Assembly: GCA_963664305.2 (NCBI GenBank)
Contig: CAXXLV010000002.1
Coordinates: 448,001-512,000 of the forward strand
Direction: 5' to 3'
Length of the DNA stretch: 64,000 nt
Source of the DNA: an uncultured Aliarcobacter sp.
GTDB taxonomy: Bacteria > Campylobacterota > Campylobacteria > Campylobacterales > Arcobacteraceae
The notes under the pieces are model-generated. The model was not told the origin of the DNA and ran no database searches. It worked only from the letters and a program-made list of their open reading frames with translations. Below are positions 9,632 to 18,344 of the stretch, one piece after another. Made by a program: the position numbers and the translations under genes. Each line of letters opens with the position of its first letter. Positions within the stretch are counted from its first letter, which is position 1.

Positions 9632-10882
9632 CTACATAAAATTTGGTGTATGAACTTTAGAAATATCATTTGCTAAATCTTCATCCATACCTATATCTAC
9701 TAATCTTTTTATTCTATTTGTATTCATTTTTTGTTTTAGTTCTTCAACTAAATCAAATCCTCTTTTATAATCCTCTGGCTCATCACTTCCACCTGCAAGA
9801 ATTGCTAATGATTCAAGTAAAATAGAAGATTCACTATTTATTTCATCCATAAACTCTTTTCTTTTATAAGCAGTATTTTTTAAAGCATTTATTCTATTTG
9901 GATTTTGTTCTATTGCTGATTTTACATGTTCAACACCATAAGCAACATGTCGCATTTCATCTCTTTTTGCAAGGCGAATGATTTTTTTTGTTGCATCATC
10001 AGGCATATGTTTTTCCAAAAATGAGAGTAAATCTACAAAAGTACCTTCACCCATAACATGAAGTAAAAATGAGCTTTTTATATAATCATCTTCTTTAAAT
10101 AAAGAAAAAAGTGAACGTTGAGTAACTTCACTTGAGTATTGAAATCCTCCTCCATTCGCATTTGCTCTTTTTGTAAAAACTTCAATATGTCTTGCTTCAT
10201 CATTCATTAGTGATGATAAAAAAAGAGGAACTTCCATATAGTATGGATTTATTTTACTTATAAATTTTCCAGGAATATATAAAGCTGAAAATTCATTTTC
10301 AACTAAATAAGTCATGATTTGGCATACAGCTTTTTCTATAACAGGATTTAGATTTGGTATTTCATTCCAAGGAATATCAGTTGTTGCATTCCATTGAAGA
10401 TTTTTTCCTTCTTCATATAAAACTGAAACAGGATTTGACCAAACTTGTTCTTTAAAAGATAATTCAAAATCATAAATTGGACTATTTTCTTGAGTTATGA
10501 TTCCTCTTGTTAAAAGCCCATTATCAATTGGAGCTTTTGCTAAAATTTCTTCACTTAACTCTAAATCTTTTAGTTTTGGATTTGAAGTATCAATACCTTT
10601 CATTTTTTTGCCCCAAGAAGCTTTTGAAGTAAAAGAATTTTTACTTATTTTTTGGATTTTATAAGAGTATTGATTTTTTAATGCAACTCTACCTAAGTAG
10701 AAATGACCTTTAAGTTTTGCCCATCCTTGAAGTTCAATTTCAATATTTGCTTTAAGTGAAACAATTTCAATTATTTCATAAATATTTGCTAATAAAAAAG
10801 CATTCTCAAGTTTTAGAAATAAGGCTTTAGAAGGAGGTAAATCACCAGTAAATATAGATATACAATGATTTTGATTATTCAA
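9632..10882 (-). CDS. Ferritin-like di-iron protein with N-terminal TusA/SirA-like domain
   Basis: Ligand pattern ENE...DEARH...GEGTF...DEMRH; QWNATTDIPW; N-terminal ~80 aa resembles TusA (ELQGWAKLKGH...YSYKIQK); GGAG RBS, TTG start. Confidence 0.8.
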   Translation of the reverse strand: MNNQNHCISIFTGDLPPSKALFLKLENAFLLANIYEIIEIVSLKANIEIELQGWAKLKGHFYLGRVALKNQYSYKIQKISKNSFTSKASWGKKMKGIDTSNPKLKDLELSEEILAKAPIDNGLLTRGIITQENSPIYDFELSFKEQVWSNPVSVLYEEGKNLQWNATTDIPWNEIPNLNPVIEKAVCQIMTYLVENEFSALYIPGKFISKINPYYMEVPLFLSSLMNDEARHIEVFTKRANANGGGFQYSSEVTQRSLFSLFKEDDYIKSSFLLHVMGEGTFVDLLSFLEKHMPDDATKKIIRLAKRDEMRHVAYGVEHVKSAIEQNPNRINALKNTAYKRKEFMDEINSESSILLESLAILAGGSDEPEDYKRGFDLVEELKQKMNTNRIKRLVDIGMDEDLANDISKVHTPNFM

Positions 10883-10980
10883 AATGAATCTCCAAAATTA
10901 GATTTTAATTTTGGCCATGCAGTAAATTGTTTAAATTAACGATGGAATCTCTACCTGAGATCTCGAATCGTTATTCTAAC
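10883..10980 (-). promoter_or_regulatory. Structured 5' leader (two hairpins, one overlapping the SD) of the ferritin-like/ACAD/PhnD operon
   Basis: Stem CCAAAATTA-N5-TAATTTTGG (10892-10914) includes the GG of GGAG; upstream stem TAACGAT...ATCTC-AGGTA-GAGAT...ATCGTTA (10937-10973). Confidence 0.45.
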
Positions 10981-11013
10981 AAAAAGATTTAAAAAGTAAA
11001 TAAAATTTTACCA

Positions 11014-11046
11014 AAATAGTAAAATCAAAAAATGATTTTACTATTT
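11014..11046 (-). terminator. Intrinsic terminator of the dsbC-like gene
   Basis: 14-bp perfect inverted repeat AAATAGTAAAATCA-N5-TGATTTTACTATTT overlapping the stop codon. Confidence 0.6.
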
Positions 11047-11775
11047 AACTTCAATTCCAAATTTTTCAAGTAGATTTACCCAAACAATGTTATTTCCATT
11101 TTTATCAAATATTGTTGGTGTTCCTTGAACGTTTAAAGACATTCCAATTTGAACTTGTTCTTCTAATTGTTTTTCAAGTTTCGCTAGTTGAGCTTGTGTA
11201 TATTTTGCATTTTTTACTTTATCTAAATTTTCACTTGCATCAAACATTGCATCTATTTTTGCATTTAATGTTTTTTGACTCATAATATATAATGATAAAT
11301 CTTTTGCATTTTCATGTGATTCTAAAGGAAAATAAAAAACTCTTATTTTTACTTTATCTTTTATTTGTGGAAGATATGATTCTAGTTTTTTACAATAAGG
11401 ACATTCAGGGTCTGTAAATAAATAATATTCTTCCTTTCCTGTTCCATAAACAAATGCTTCTTTACCTTTTGCATTTGTTAAATCAACAGGAGCTGATATT
11501 TTCATTCCATTATTTACATCAATAACATCACCAGAAAGAATAAGTTTTTTATCTTTTGTTAAATAAATTTCATCACTATTTCCTTGAACATTGATAGTTA
11601 AAATATATAAACTTCCAACATCAAAAGCTTTTACTATTTTTATTTGTGCTCTTTTAAATAATTCTAATTGTTCCATTTGAACAATTTCGTTTTTTGATAC
11701 TTCTTTTGTAGCAGCATTTAAACTACAAGTTAGGATAAGAAAAACAATTAATATTTTTTTAATTAACTCAAACAT
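11041..11775 (-). CDS. dsbC: DsbC/DsbG-type periplasmic thiol:disulfide isomerase
   Basis: Signal peptide; FTDPECPYCKK active site; cis-Pro loop VQGTPT. Confidence 0.85.
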   Translation of the reverse strand: MFELIKKILIVFLILTCSLNAATKEVSKNEIVQMEQLELFKRAQIKIVKAFDVGSLYILTINVQGNSDEIYLTKDKKLILSGDVIDVNNGMKISAPVDLTNAKGKEAFVYGTGKEEYYLFTDPECPYCKKLESYLPQIKDKVKIRVFYFPLESHENAKDLSLYIMSQKTLNAKIDAMFDASENLDKVKNAKYTQAQLAKLEKQLEEQVQIGMSLNVQGTPTIFDKNGNNIVWVNLLEKFGIEVK

Positions 11776-11985
11776 AAAGTTTCCTAATATAAATTTTTTG
11801 CGTATTGTATCTATTTTCCCTTGATTATAAGTCTAAAAAGGGATTTGTACTTTAAAATAAGATTTAATAATTTTAAGAAATGCTATTTTAATGCTACTAT
11901 AATGAAAAAATAATATTTTTTTTTAAGCTTTGTTTTTAACTTTTTTGATGTAGAATATGAAGAAATTTTAATATAAGGCAAAATT

Positions 11986-13275
11986 ATGGAAAATGCAAAA
12001 AAATTTTTAGTTGCAGGATATATTGTAACAATAGTTTCATTAGGTTTTTTGTCTTATTTATCCAGTGTAAAAAGTGATTATATTTTAGTATCAAGTTTAC
12101 TTTTCTTTTGTGTTATTTCATTCTTATTTTTTTATGGAATAAATTTGTTAAAAAATCAAAAAGAATTGGTTTTAATTGATGAAAAAAAAGAGGAAGATTT
12201 TTTAGAAAAAGAGTTTATAAATGATTTAACTAATTGTAGTTTATCATTTTCAAAAAATATCTTCAACACAAAAATTAATGCAAAAACAAAAAATGATGAA
12301 TTTCAATCAATTGCAAATAATATGAATCAAACAGTAAGTAATTTAACAAATTGTTTTGATGAAATGTTAGATTTTTTTGAGAAGTTCCAAAAAAATGATT
12401 TTACAGTTGAAATTAAGAATAAACAATCAGAGCAATTACAAAAAATTGTTGAAGCTGTTAATAAATTAAATGTAAAAATCTCAAGAATGCTTTTAAGTAG
12501 TTTAAAAAGTGGAAATATGTTCAAAAAAAATGCAGATGCATTAAAAAAGAATATGGAATTAGTAAGTGCAAATATAGTTACTCAATCTGCAATTCTAGAA
12601 GAGACATCAGCATCAATGGAAGAGATAACAAGTAGTGTTAGAAATAATAATTTAGATGTTGATAAAATGTTAACTTATTCTAATGAACTTTTAATATCTG
12701 TTCAAAGTGGTTATAAAAGTGCAAAAAACAGTGCAGAGTTGATGGATAAAATAAATGATAAAACAAAGTCAATTGAAGAAGCAATAAGTATTATTGACCA
12801 AATTGCATTTCAAACAAATATTTTATCTCTTAATGCTGCTGTTGAAGCAGCAACTGCTGGTGAAGCTGGAAGAGGATTTGCTGTTGTTGCAGCAGAGGTT
12901 AGAAATCTAGCTTCAAGAAGTGCTGAAGCAGCTAGAGAAATAAAATCACTTGTTGAAACAGCTACAAAAGAGGCAAACAATGGGAAAAATGCTTCTACAG
13001 ATATGATAAAAGAGTATGATGTTTTAAACGAAAATATTCAAAAAACAAAACATATTATAGAAAATATTTCTAATTCTTTAAAAGAACAAGAAAGAGGAAT
13101 AGAGCAAGTAAATGCAGCTGTTGCTGATTTAGATAAAGCAACACAAGAAAATGCATTAAGAGCTCAAGAAACAAGAGAAATTGCAAATCAAAATGATGAA
13201 ATGGCTACAACAATGGTTGTAGAAACTAATAAAACAAATTTCTTTGGAAGAGATGATTTCAATAGAAAAAGCTAA
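11986..13275 (+). CDS. Methyl-accepting chemotaxis protein
   Basis: [37 protein letters not shown] signalling hairpin; two N-terminal TM helices. Confidence 0.95.
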   Translation: MENAKKFLVAGYIVTIVSLGFLSYLSSVKSDYILVSSLLFFCVISFLFFYGINLLKNQKELVLIDEKKEEDFLEKEFINDLTNCSLSFSKNIFNTKINAKTKNDEFQSIANNMNQTVSNLTNCFDEMLDFFEKFQKNDFTVEIKNKQSEQLQKIVEAVNKLNVKISRMLLSSLKSGNMFKKNADALKKNMELVSANIVTQSAILEETSASMEEITSSVRNNNLDVDKMLTYSNELLISVQSGYKSAKNSAELMDKINDKTKSIEEAISIIDQIAFQTNILSLNAAVEAATAGEAGRGFAVVAAEVRNLASRSAEAAREIKSLVETATKEANNGKNASTDMIKEYDVLNENIQKTKHIIENISNSLKEQERGIEQVNAAVADLDKATQENALRAQETREIANQNDEMATTMVVETNKTNFFGRDDFNRKS

Positions 13276-13281
13276 AAAATA

Positions 13282-13309
13282 GAGATTTAAAGTTTAAGCT
13301 TTAAATCTC
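13282..13309. terminator. Bidirectional intrinsic terminator
   Basis: GAGATTTAAAG-N6-CTTTAAATCTC flanked by A and T runs, between convergent genes. Confidence 0.7.
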
Positions 13310-13314
13310 ATTTT

Positions 13315-14211
13315 TTAAAGAAGATTAAATAAAATTCCTGTCGTTAAAAACGAAATAATTATCCCATATCCTACAATCGCTGAACTAAGTCTTGGGGCAA
13401 GTCCTGCCATCGAAGCTATTGCACCTGCTGTTATCATAGGAGCCATTCCTGCTTCCATAATTGATACAATTGAAGCTTGATTATCCCAAGCAAATATTTT
13501 ACAAATAACAAATGCAATAGTTGGAGCAAGAATAAGTTTTACAATTAAAGCTACACTAAAAGGTTTTATCTCTTCACGTGGTAATTTTAATTGAAGTTGA
13601 AGACCAACAGCAACTAAAGCAATTGGTACAATGGTACTTGCAAATGAACTTAAAACTTTTGAAATTATTGGATTAAATTCTACACCTATTAAAAATAGAG
13701 CAACAACTAAAGATAAAAAAGGTGGAAATGTTAAAACTTTTAGTGTAATGATTTTAAAAGTGATTTTTGAATTATTTGAATAATAAGAAGCTATAAATGT
13801 TCCATAAGTAGCAAGAGCAATAAAAGTTCCTAATTGGTCATAAACTAAAACATATGGCATTGCACTTTCGCCCATATAAGCATTTATTATTGGAATTCCT
13901 AAAAAAGAACTATTTGTTAGGATTGAAACTAGCATTAATGAACCCGTTATCTCTTTTGAAAAAGAGAAAAATTTTGATAAAAGAAGAATTAATATTGCAC
14001 TTATAGCCATAACAAGCCAAGCTACAATAATAGGTATAATCATATCAATTGAAAAACTAAGTTTTGGAATTTGAAGTAAAATCATTGCAGGAAGTGAGAT
14101 ATAAATTGCAAATTGATTTAAAATAGTTGGTGCATCTTTTGAAAAAATATTTAATCTATTTATTACATAGCCAATAACAATGGCCAATAAGATTAATACA
14201 AAATTTTCCAT
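13315..14211 (-). CDS. AEC (auxin efflux carrier) family transporter
   Basis: YISLPAMIL, NSSFLGIPII, PPFLSL, KLILAP motifs; about 10 TMs. Confidence 0.88.
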   Translation of the reverse strand: MENFVLILLAIVIGYVINRLNIFSKDAPTILNQFAIYISLPAMILLQIPKLSFSIDMIIPIIVAWLVMAISAILILLLSKFFSFSKEITGSLMLVSILTNSSFLGIPIINAYMGESAMPYVLVYDQLGTFIALATYGTFIASYYSNNSKITFKIITLKVLTFPPFLSLVVALFLIGVEFNPIISKVLSSFASTIVPIALVAVGLQLQLKLPREEIKPFSVALIVKLILAPTIAFVICKIFAWDNQASIVSIMEAGMAPMITAGAIASMAGLAPRLSSAIVGYGIIISFLTTGILFNLL

Positions 14212-14215
14212 TTAT

Positions 14216-14587
14216 TTAGTCACAAAAATTATTTTGACAAGGGTTATCAGATGTGATTTTTCCAAACTCTTTTACATAATCTATTCCCCATTTATGCATC
14301 TCTTCAAGTACGGCTCTTAGATTTTCTCCTGCTTTTGTTAAACTATATACAACCTTTGGTGGAACACTAGCAAAACATTCTCTATTAATGATATTTTTTT
14401 CTTCTAATTCTTTTAATTTTATAGTTAAAGTTTTTTGTGTTATTTCACTTATTATTTCATGTAATTCTTTAAATCTTTTTTCACCATCAAGTAAGTGCCA
14501 AATAATTGCTAATTTCCATCTATCATTAAAAATATCAAGTGTTACGGCAACACTACATCTATATTCTTTATCATTTATATAATACAT
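14216..14587 (-). CDS. HxlR (MarR/DUF24) family transcriptional regulator
   Basis: CSVAVTLDIFNDRWKLAII...RFKEL...ITQKTLTIKLKELE...VPPKVVYSLT. Confidence 0.92.
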   Translation of the reverse strand: MYYINDKEYRCSVAVTLDIFNDRWKLAIIWHLLDGEKRFKELHEIISEITQKTLTIKLKELEEKNIINRECFASVPPKVVYSLTKAGENLRAVLEEMHKWGIDYVKEFGKITSDNPCQNNFCD

Positions 14588-14642
14588 ATTAAATTCCTTA
14601 TTTTTACAATTTCAATTATAACATAATAAAAATTAATTCCTA

Positions 14643-14664
14643 TTACTTACCTAAAGTAAAGTAA
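14643..14664. promoter_or_regulatory. Candidate HxlR-family operator
   Basis: TTACTTAC-N5-GTAAAGTAA imperfect inverted repeat between the divergent hxlR-like and mdaB genes. Confidence 0.4.
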
Positions 14665-14717
14665 GAGTAAATTAAGTTTATTGTTAATATAATTTTCAAA
14701 ATTAAAAAGGAGCAAAA

Positions 14718-15299
14718 ATGAAGAAAGTTTTAATTTTAAATGGACATCAATATTATGATGTTGTGGCTAAAGGTGAATTGACTCAACATTTTATTGATAA
14801 AGCAAATGATTTTTTTATAAAAAATGGATTTGAAGTAAAACAAACTCACATTGAAAAAGGTTACAATGTAGAAGAAGAGTGTGAAAAATTTGAATGGGCT
14901 GATTATGTTTTATTTCAATATCCAGTTTATTGGATGGGTGTTCCTTGGATTGCAAAAAAATATTTTGATGAAACATTTACTCAAGGAAGACATTATGCAA
15001 GTGATGGAAGAAGTAGAAGTGATGCAAGTAAAACTTATGGAACAGGAGGATTATTAAAAGGTAAAAAGTATATGTTAAGTTTAACGTATAATTGTCCAAC
15101 AAGTGAATTTAGTAATGAAAATGGTTTCTTTGATGGTTTATCTTTAGATGAAGCTCATGTGGCAGTTCATAAAACTTTCCAATTTTGTGGATTAGAGCCA
15201 TTAAAAACTTATTCTGTTCATGATATTTTCAAAGGAGATTTAGATTTAGCTAATGAGTTAGAAAAATTTGAATCAGTTTTAAAAGAGAATTTTTTATAG
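14718..15299 (+). CDS. mdaB: MdaB-type NADPH:quinone oxidoreductase (flavodoxin-like fold)
   Basis: FQYPVYWMGVPWIAKKYFDE, DGRSRSD..K.YGTGGLL, YMLSLTYN. Confidence 0.88.
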   Translation: MKKVLILNGHQYYDVVAKGELTQHFIDKANDFFIKNGFEVKQTHIEKGYNVEEECEKFEWADYVLFQYPVYWMGVPWIAKKYFDETFTQGRHYASDGRSRSDASKTYGTGGLLKGKKYMLSLTYNCPTSEFSNENGFFDGLSLDEAHVAVHKTFQFCGLEPLKTYSVHDIFKGDLDLANELEKFESVLKENFL

Positions 15300-15308
15300 G
15301 AAAAAAAT

Positions 15309-15605
15309 ATGAAAAATATTGTAATAGTTGCAACTATAAAAGTGAAAAAAGGTTTTAAAGATGAAGTTTATAATGAACTTATAAAATTGCATAAAGCAAC
15401 TCATGAATTTGATGAAGGTTGTATTCAATATGATTTACATAAAGATTTAAGTGATGAGGATAGTTTTACTTTTGTTGAAACTTGGGAAAATCAAGAACTT
15501 TTATCTTTACATGAAACAAAAGAGCATTTTAAAAACTTTGTATCTAAAATCGAAAATAAAATAGATGGTTTAACAATCAATAAATTAGAAAAATTAGAAA
15601 TCTAA
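15309..15605 (+). CDS. Putative quinol monooxygenase (ABM domain, YgiN-like)
   Basis: DEGCIQYDLHKD...FTFVETWE...H..TKEHF; directly after mdaB. Confidence 0.85.
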   Translation: MKNIVIVATIKVKKGFKDEVYNELIKLHKATHEFDEGCIQYDLHKDLSDEDSFTFVETWENQELLSLHETKEHFKNFVSKIENKIDGLTINKLEKLEI

Positions 15606-15617
15606 AAAGGATTTTTT

Positions 15618-16649
15618 ATGAGCTTATTACTAAAAAGTGGAAATATTGGAGCATTAGAGTTAAAAAATAGAGTTGTAATGCCACCTATGTGTATGTATAA
15701 AAGTGATAATAGTGGAGAAATAAAAGATTTTCATAAATATCACTATGTATCAAGAGCCTTAGGTGGAGTAGGGTTTATTATAGTTGAAGCAACTGCAATA
15801 GAGCCAAAAGGAAGAATTTCATCAAACGATTTAGGCCTTTGGGATGATTCTTTGATAGAAAAGCATAAACAATTAAATAAAGATATACACTCTTTTGGTG
15901 CTAAAACAGCAATTCAAATTGCCCATGCTGGAAGAAAGTCAACTGTTATTGATTCAACTCCTATTGCTCCAAGTTCAATTGCTTTTTCAAAAGAAGCTCC
16001 ATTTAAAATTCCTAAAGAAGTTTCAATAGCAGAGATTGAAAATATTAAAAAATTATTTATAAATGCAGCTTTTAGAGCAAAAGAGGCAGACTATGATGCT
16101 ATTGAACTTCATGCAGCTCATGGCTATTTATTATGTGAGTTTTTATCACCAATTTCAAATAATAGAACAGATATTTATGGTGGAACTTTAGAGAATAGAT
16201 GTAGATTAGTTTTAGAAATAGCCCATGAGATAAAACAAAAATTAGATTTGCCTTTGATTGTTAGAATTAGTGCTGATGAGTGGATGAATGAAGGTTGGAA
16301 TATAGAAGATTCTATTTATTTATCAAAAGAGTTGGAAAAAATCGGAGTTGATGTTATACATGTATCAAGTGGTGGAAATTTAGAAAAACCTGATAATGCT
16401 CCAGCAATTCAAGCTTTATATCAAGCTAATTGGGCAAAAAAAATAAAAGAAAATGTAAATATTCCTGTTATTGCAGTTGGATTAATTACAACAGCAACAG
16501 AAGGAGAGTATCTACTTGAAAACAATTTTTGTGATTTTGTGGCTTATGGTCGAGAGTTACTTAGAAATCCAAATTTAGTTTTTTATGTAGCAAATGAATT
16601 TAGAGAAAAAGAGAGCATAAATAGTTCTTATCAAAGAGCATTTATATAA
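15618..16649 (+). CDS. NADH:flavin oxidoreductase / Old Yellow Enzyme (NamA/YqjM-like)
   Basis: KNRVVMPPMCMY, QIAHAGRK, ELHAAHGYLLCEFLSP..NNRTD.YGG. Confidence 0.92.
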   Translation: MSLLLKSGNIGALELKNRVVMPPMCMYKSDNSGEIKDFHKYHYVSRALGGVGFIIVEATAIEPKGRISSNDLGLWDDSLIEKHKQLNKDIHSFGAKTAIQIAHAGRKSTVIDSTPIAPSSIAFSKEAPFKIPKEVSIAEIENIKKLFINAAFRAKEADYDAIELHAAHGYLLCEFLSPISNNRTDIYGGTLENRCRLVLEIAHEIKQKLDLPLIVRISADEWMNEGWNIEDSIYLSKELEKIGVDVIHVSSGGNLEKPDNAPAIQALYQANWAKKIKENVNIPVIAVGLITTATEGEYLLENNFCDFVAYGRELLRNPNLVFYVANEFREKESINSSYQRAFI

Positions 16650-16664
16650 TAGAAAGTAGATAAA

Positions 16665-17576
16665 ATGATTCAAAAAAGTAATACCAAATATTTTATTGGT
16701 ATGTTTATAGCTATGATAATTTGGGGAATAGCATGGACTTCAGGAAAAGCAGCAACAGAACATTCGAATCCAGAAGTTGCTGCATTTTGGAGATATGCAA
16801 TCTCTTTTTTAACGATAATTCCTGTTATTTTATATATGAAAACGGTTTTAAAAACAGATAAAATAGGATTATTTTATATGATAGGTGCTGGAATTTTAAG
16901 TGCTATATTTAATTATCTGTTTTTTAAGGGATTATCTCATGGAGCAGCTGGTTATGGAGGAACAATGGTAACCTCAATTGCTCCAATAATTACATATATA
17001 TTATCAATTATAATTTTTAAAACCCAAGTGTCAGCAAAACAAATTTTTGCACTTGGAATTGGAATTTTTGGTGCATTAGTTTTACTTCGAGTTCCTTCAG
17101 AAGGATTTGCTTTTTTAAATGTAAATAGTTCATATTTTTTAGCTTGTGCTGTAGTATGGGCTATGGTTACAATATTTTCACAAAAAGCATCAAAAAGAGC
17201 AGACCCGATGTTTTATACTTTAGTTGTTTTTGGAATTACTGGATTTATAAATATGATTTTTGCCTTACCTTATCATCCTTTTGCTTTTGCATCGTATGAT
17301 TATGTATTTTGGTTAAATATTATTTATATTGGAGTTTTTTCAGGGACTTTTGCAATGACACTTTTTTTTGTATCAGCTGCAAAAATTGGAGCCCATAACA
17401 CAGGAGTATTTATGTTTATAGTTCCTATAGGAGCGATAGTTTCAAGCTATTTTGCATATAATGAGAATATTGCTTTATCGACAATTATGGGATGTATTTT
17501 ATCATTTGTTGCTGTTGTATTATTTAATACAAAAAGTAAATTAGAGCGATTAAAAGCCAAAGAAAATTTAATTTAA
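16665..17576 (+). CDS. DMT/EamA family transporter
   Basis: 303 aa, about 10 TMs, IWG and R-Y EamA signature positions. Confidence 0.85.
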   Translation: MIQKSNTKYFIGMFIAMIIWGIAWTSGKAATEHSNPEVAAFWRYAISFLTIIPVILYMKTVLKTDKIGLFYMIGAGILSAIFNYLFFKGLSHGAAGYGGTMVTSIAPIITYILSIIIFKTQVSAKQIFALGIGIFGALVLLRVPSEGFAFLNVNSSYFLACAVVWAMVTIFSQKASKRADPMFYTLVVFGITGFINMIFALPYHPFAFASYDYVFWLNIIYIGVFSGTFAMTLFFVSAAKIGAHNTGVFMFIVPIGAIVSSYFAYNENIALSTIMGCILSFVAVVLFNTKSKLERLKAKENLI

Positions 17577-17586
17577 AAGGATAATT

Positions 17587-18222
17587 ATGGAAAAAACATT
17601 TATGGAAGCAATGGAATTTAGACATGCTTGTAAGATTTTTGATGAAACTAAAAAAATTAGTGATGAAGATATGAAATTTATTTTAGAAGTTGGAAGAAAA
17701 AGTCCTAGTTCTTTTGGTCAAGAAGGTTGGAAATTTTTAGTTATTACAAATGAAGAATTAAAAGCAAAATTAAGACCTTTTTGCTGGGATCAACCACAAG
17801 TTACAACTTGTTCTCATTTAGTAATTATATTAGCTGCAATTGATGCTGTTAAACCAGAATCAGGAATTCCAGCAACAAGATTTGCAAGACGTGAAATGCC
17901 TCAAGAGAAAAAAGATTTTTATAACAAATTATATAAAGACCATTTAACAGTTACAAAAGTTTTAGATAGCGATGATAATGTTTATTCTTGGACAGCTAGA
18001 CAATCTTATATAGCAGCAGGAAATATGATGACAGCAGCAGCAACAAAAGGAATTGATTCTTGTCCAATCGAAGGATTTGATAAAGCAAAAGTTGAAGAAG
18101 TTTTAGGACTGGATACTAAAAAATTCCAATTAGCAATGGTTTTACCTTTTGGTTACAGAATAAATCCTCAATCAACTCAAATGAGATTACCTTTTGAAGA
18201 AGTAGTTGAATATATAAAATAA
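17587..18222 (+). CDS. NAD(P)H-dependent nitroreductase (NfsB/FrxA-like)
   Basis: RHACKIFD, SPSSFGQEGW, GIDSCPIEGF, FGYR. Confidence 0.92.
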   Translation: MEKTFMEAMEFRHACKIFDETKKISDEDMKFILEVGRKSPSSFGQEGWKFLVITNEELKAKLRPFCWDQPQVTTCSHLVIILAAIDAVKPESGIPATRFARREMPQEKKDFYNKLYKDHLTVTKVLDSDDNVYSWTARQSYIAAGNMMTAAATKGIDSCPIEGFDKAKVEEVLGLDTKKFQLAMVLPFGYRINPQSTQMRLPFEEVVEYIK

Positions 18223-18227
18223 TCTAT

Positions 18228-18254
18228 TTAATAGCCTTTTATAAAGGCTATTAA
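18228..18254 (+). terminator. Intrinsic terminator after nitroreductase
   Basis: TTAATAGCCTTT-TAT-AAAGGCTATTAA. Confidence 0.65.
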
Positions 18255-18279
18255 TCTAAAAATATCAAAAAATAATAAA

Positions 18280-18313
18280 ATGATACTTTTGTAATACCTT
18301 TCTTATATAAAAT
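18280..18313 (+). promoter_or_regulatory. Direct-repeat (OmpR/PhoB-type) box plus -10 element
   Basis: ATGATAC-TTTT-GTAATAC-N10-TAAAAT; near-identical repeat at 42314-42331. Confidence 0.5.
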
Positions 18314-18344
18314 TCCTTTAGCAAAATAATTAAAAAGGATTTTT

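Noticed and set aside
10946..10962. Hairpin with an AGGUA loop resembling a bacterial SECIS or the CUCUCAGGUA end of a glycine riboswitch
   Set aside because: No in-frame UGA or ORF immediately upstream of the hairpin, and the GGAGA/CCGAAG elements of the glycine aptamer are absent
10938..10975. Plus-strand GATGGAATC resembling the start of a fluoride riboswitch
   Set aside because: Wrong strand for the adjacent operon, and the 3' pseudoknot element is missing
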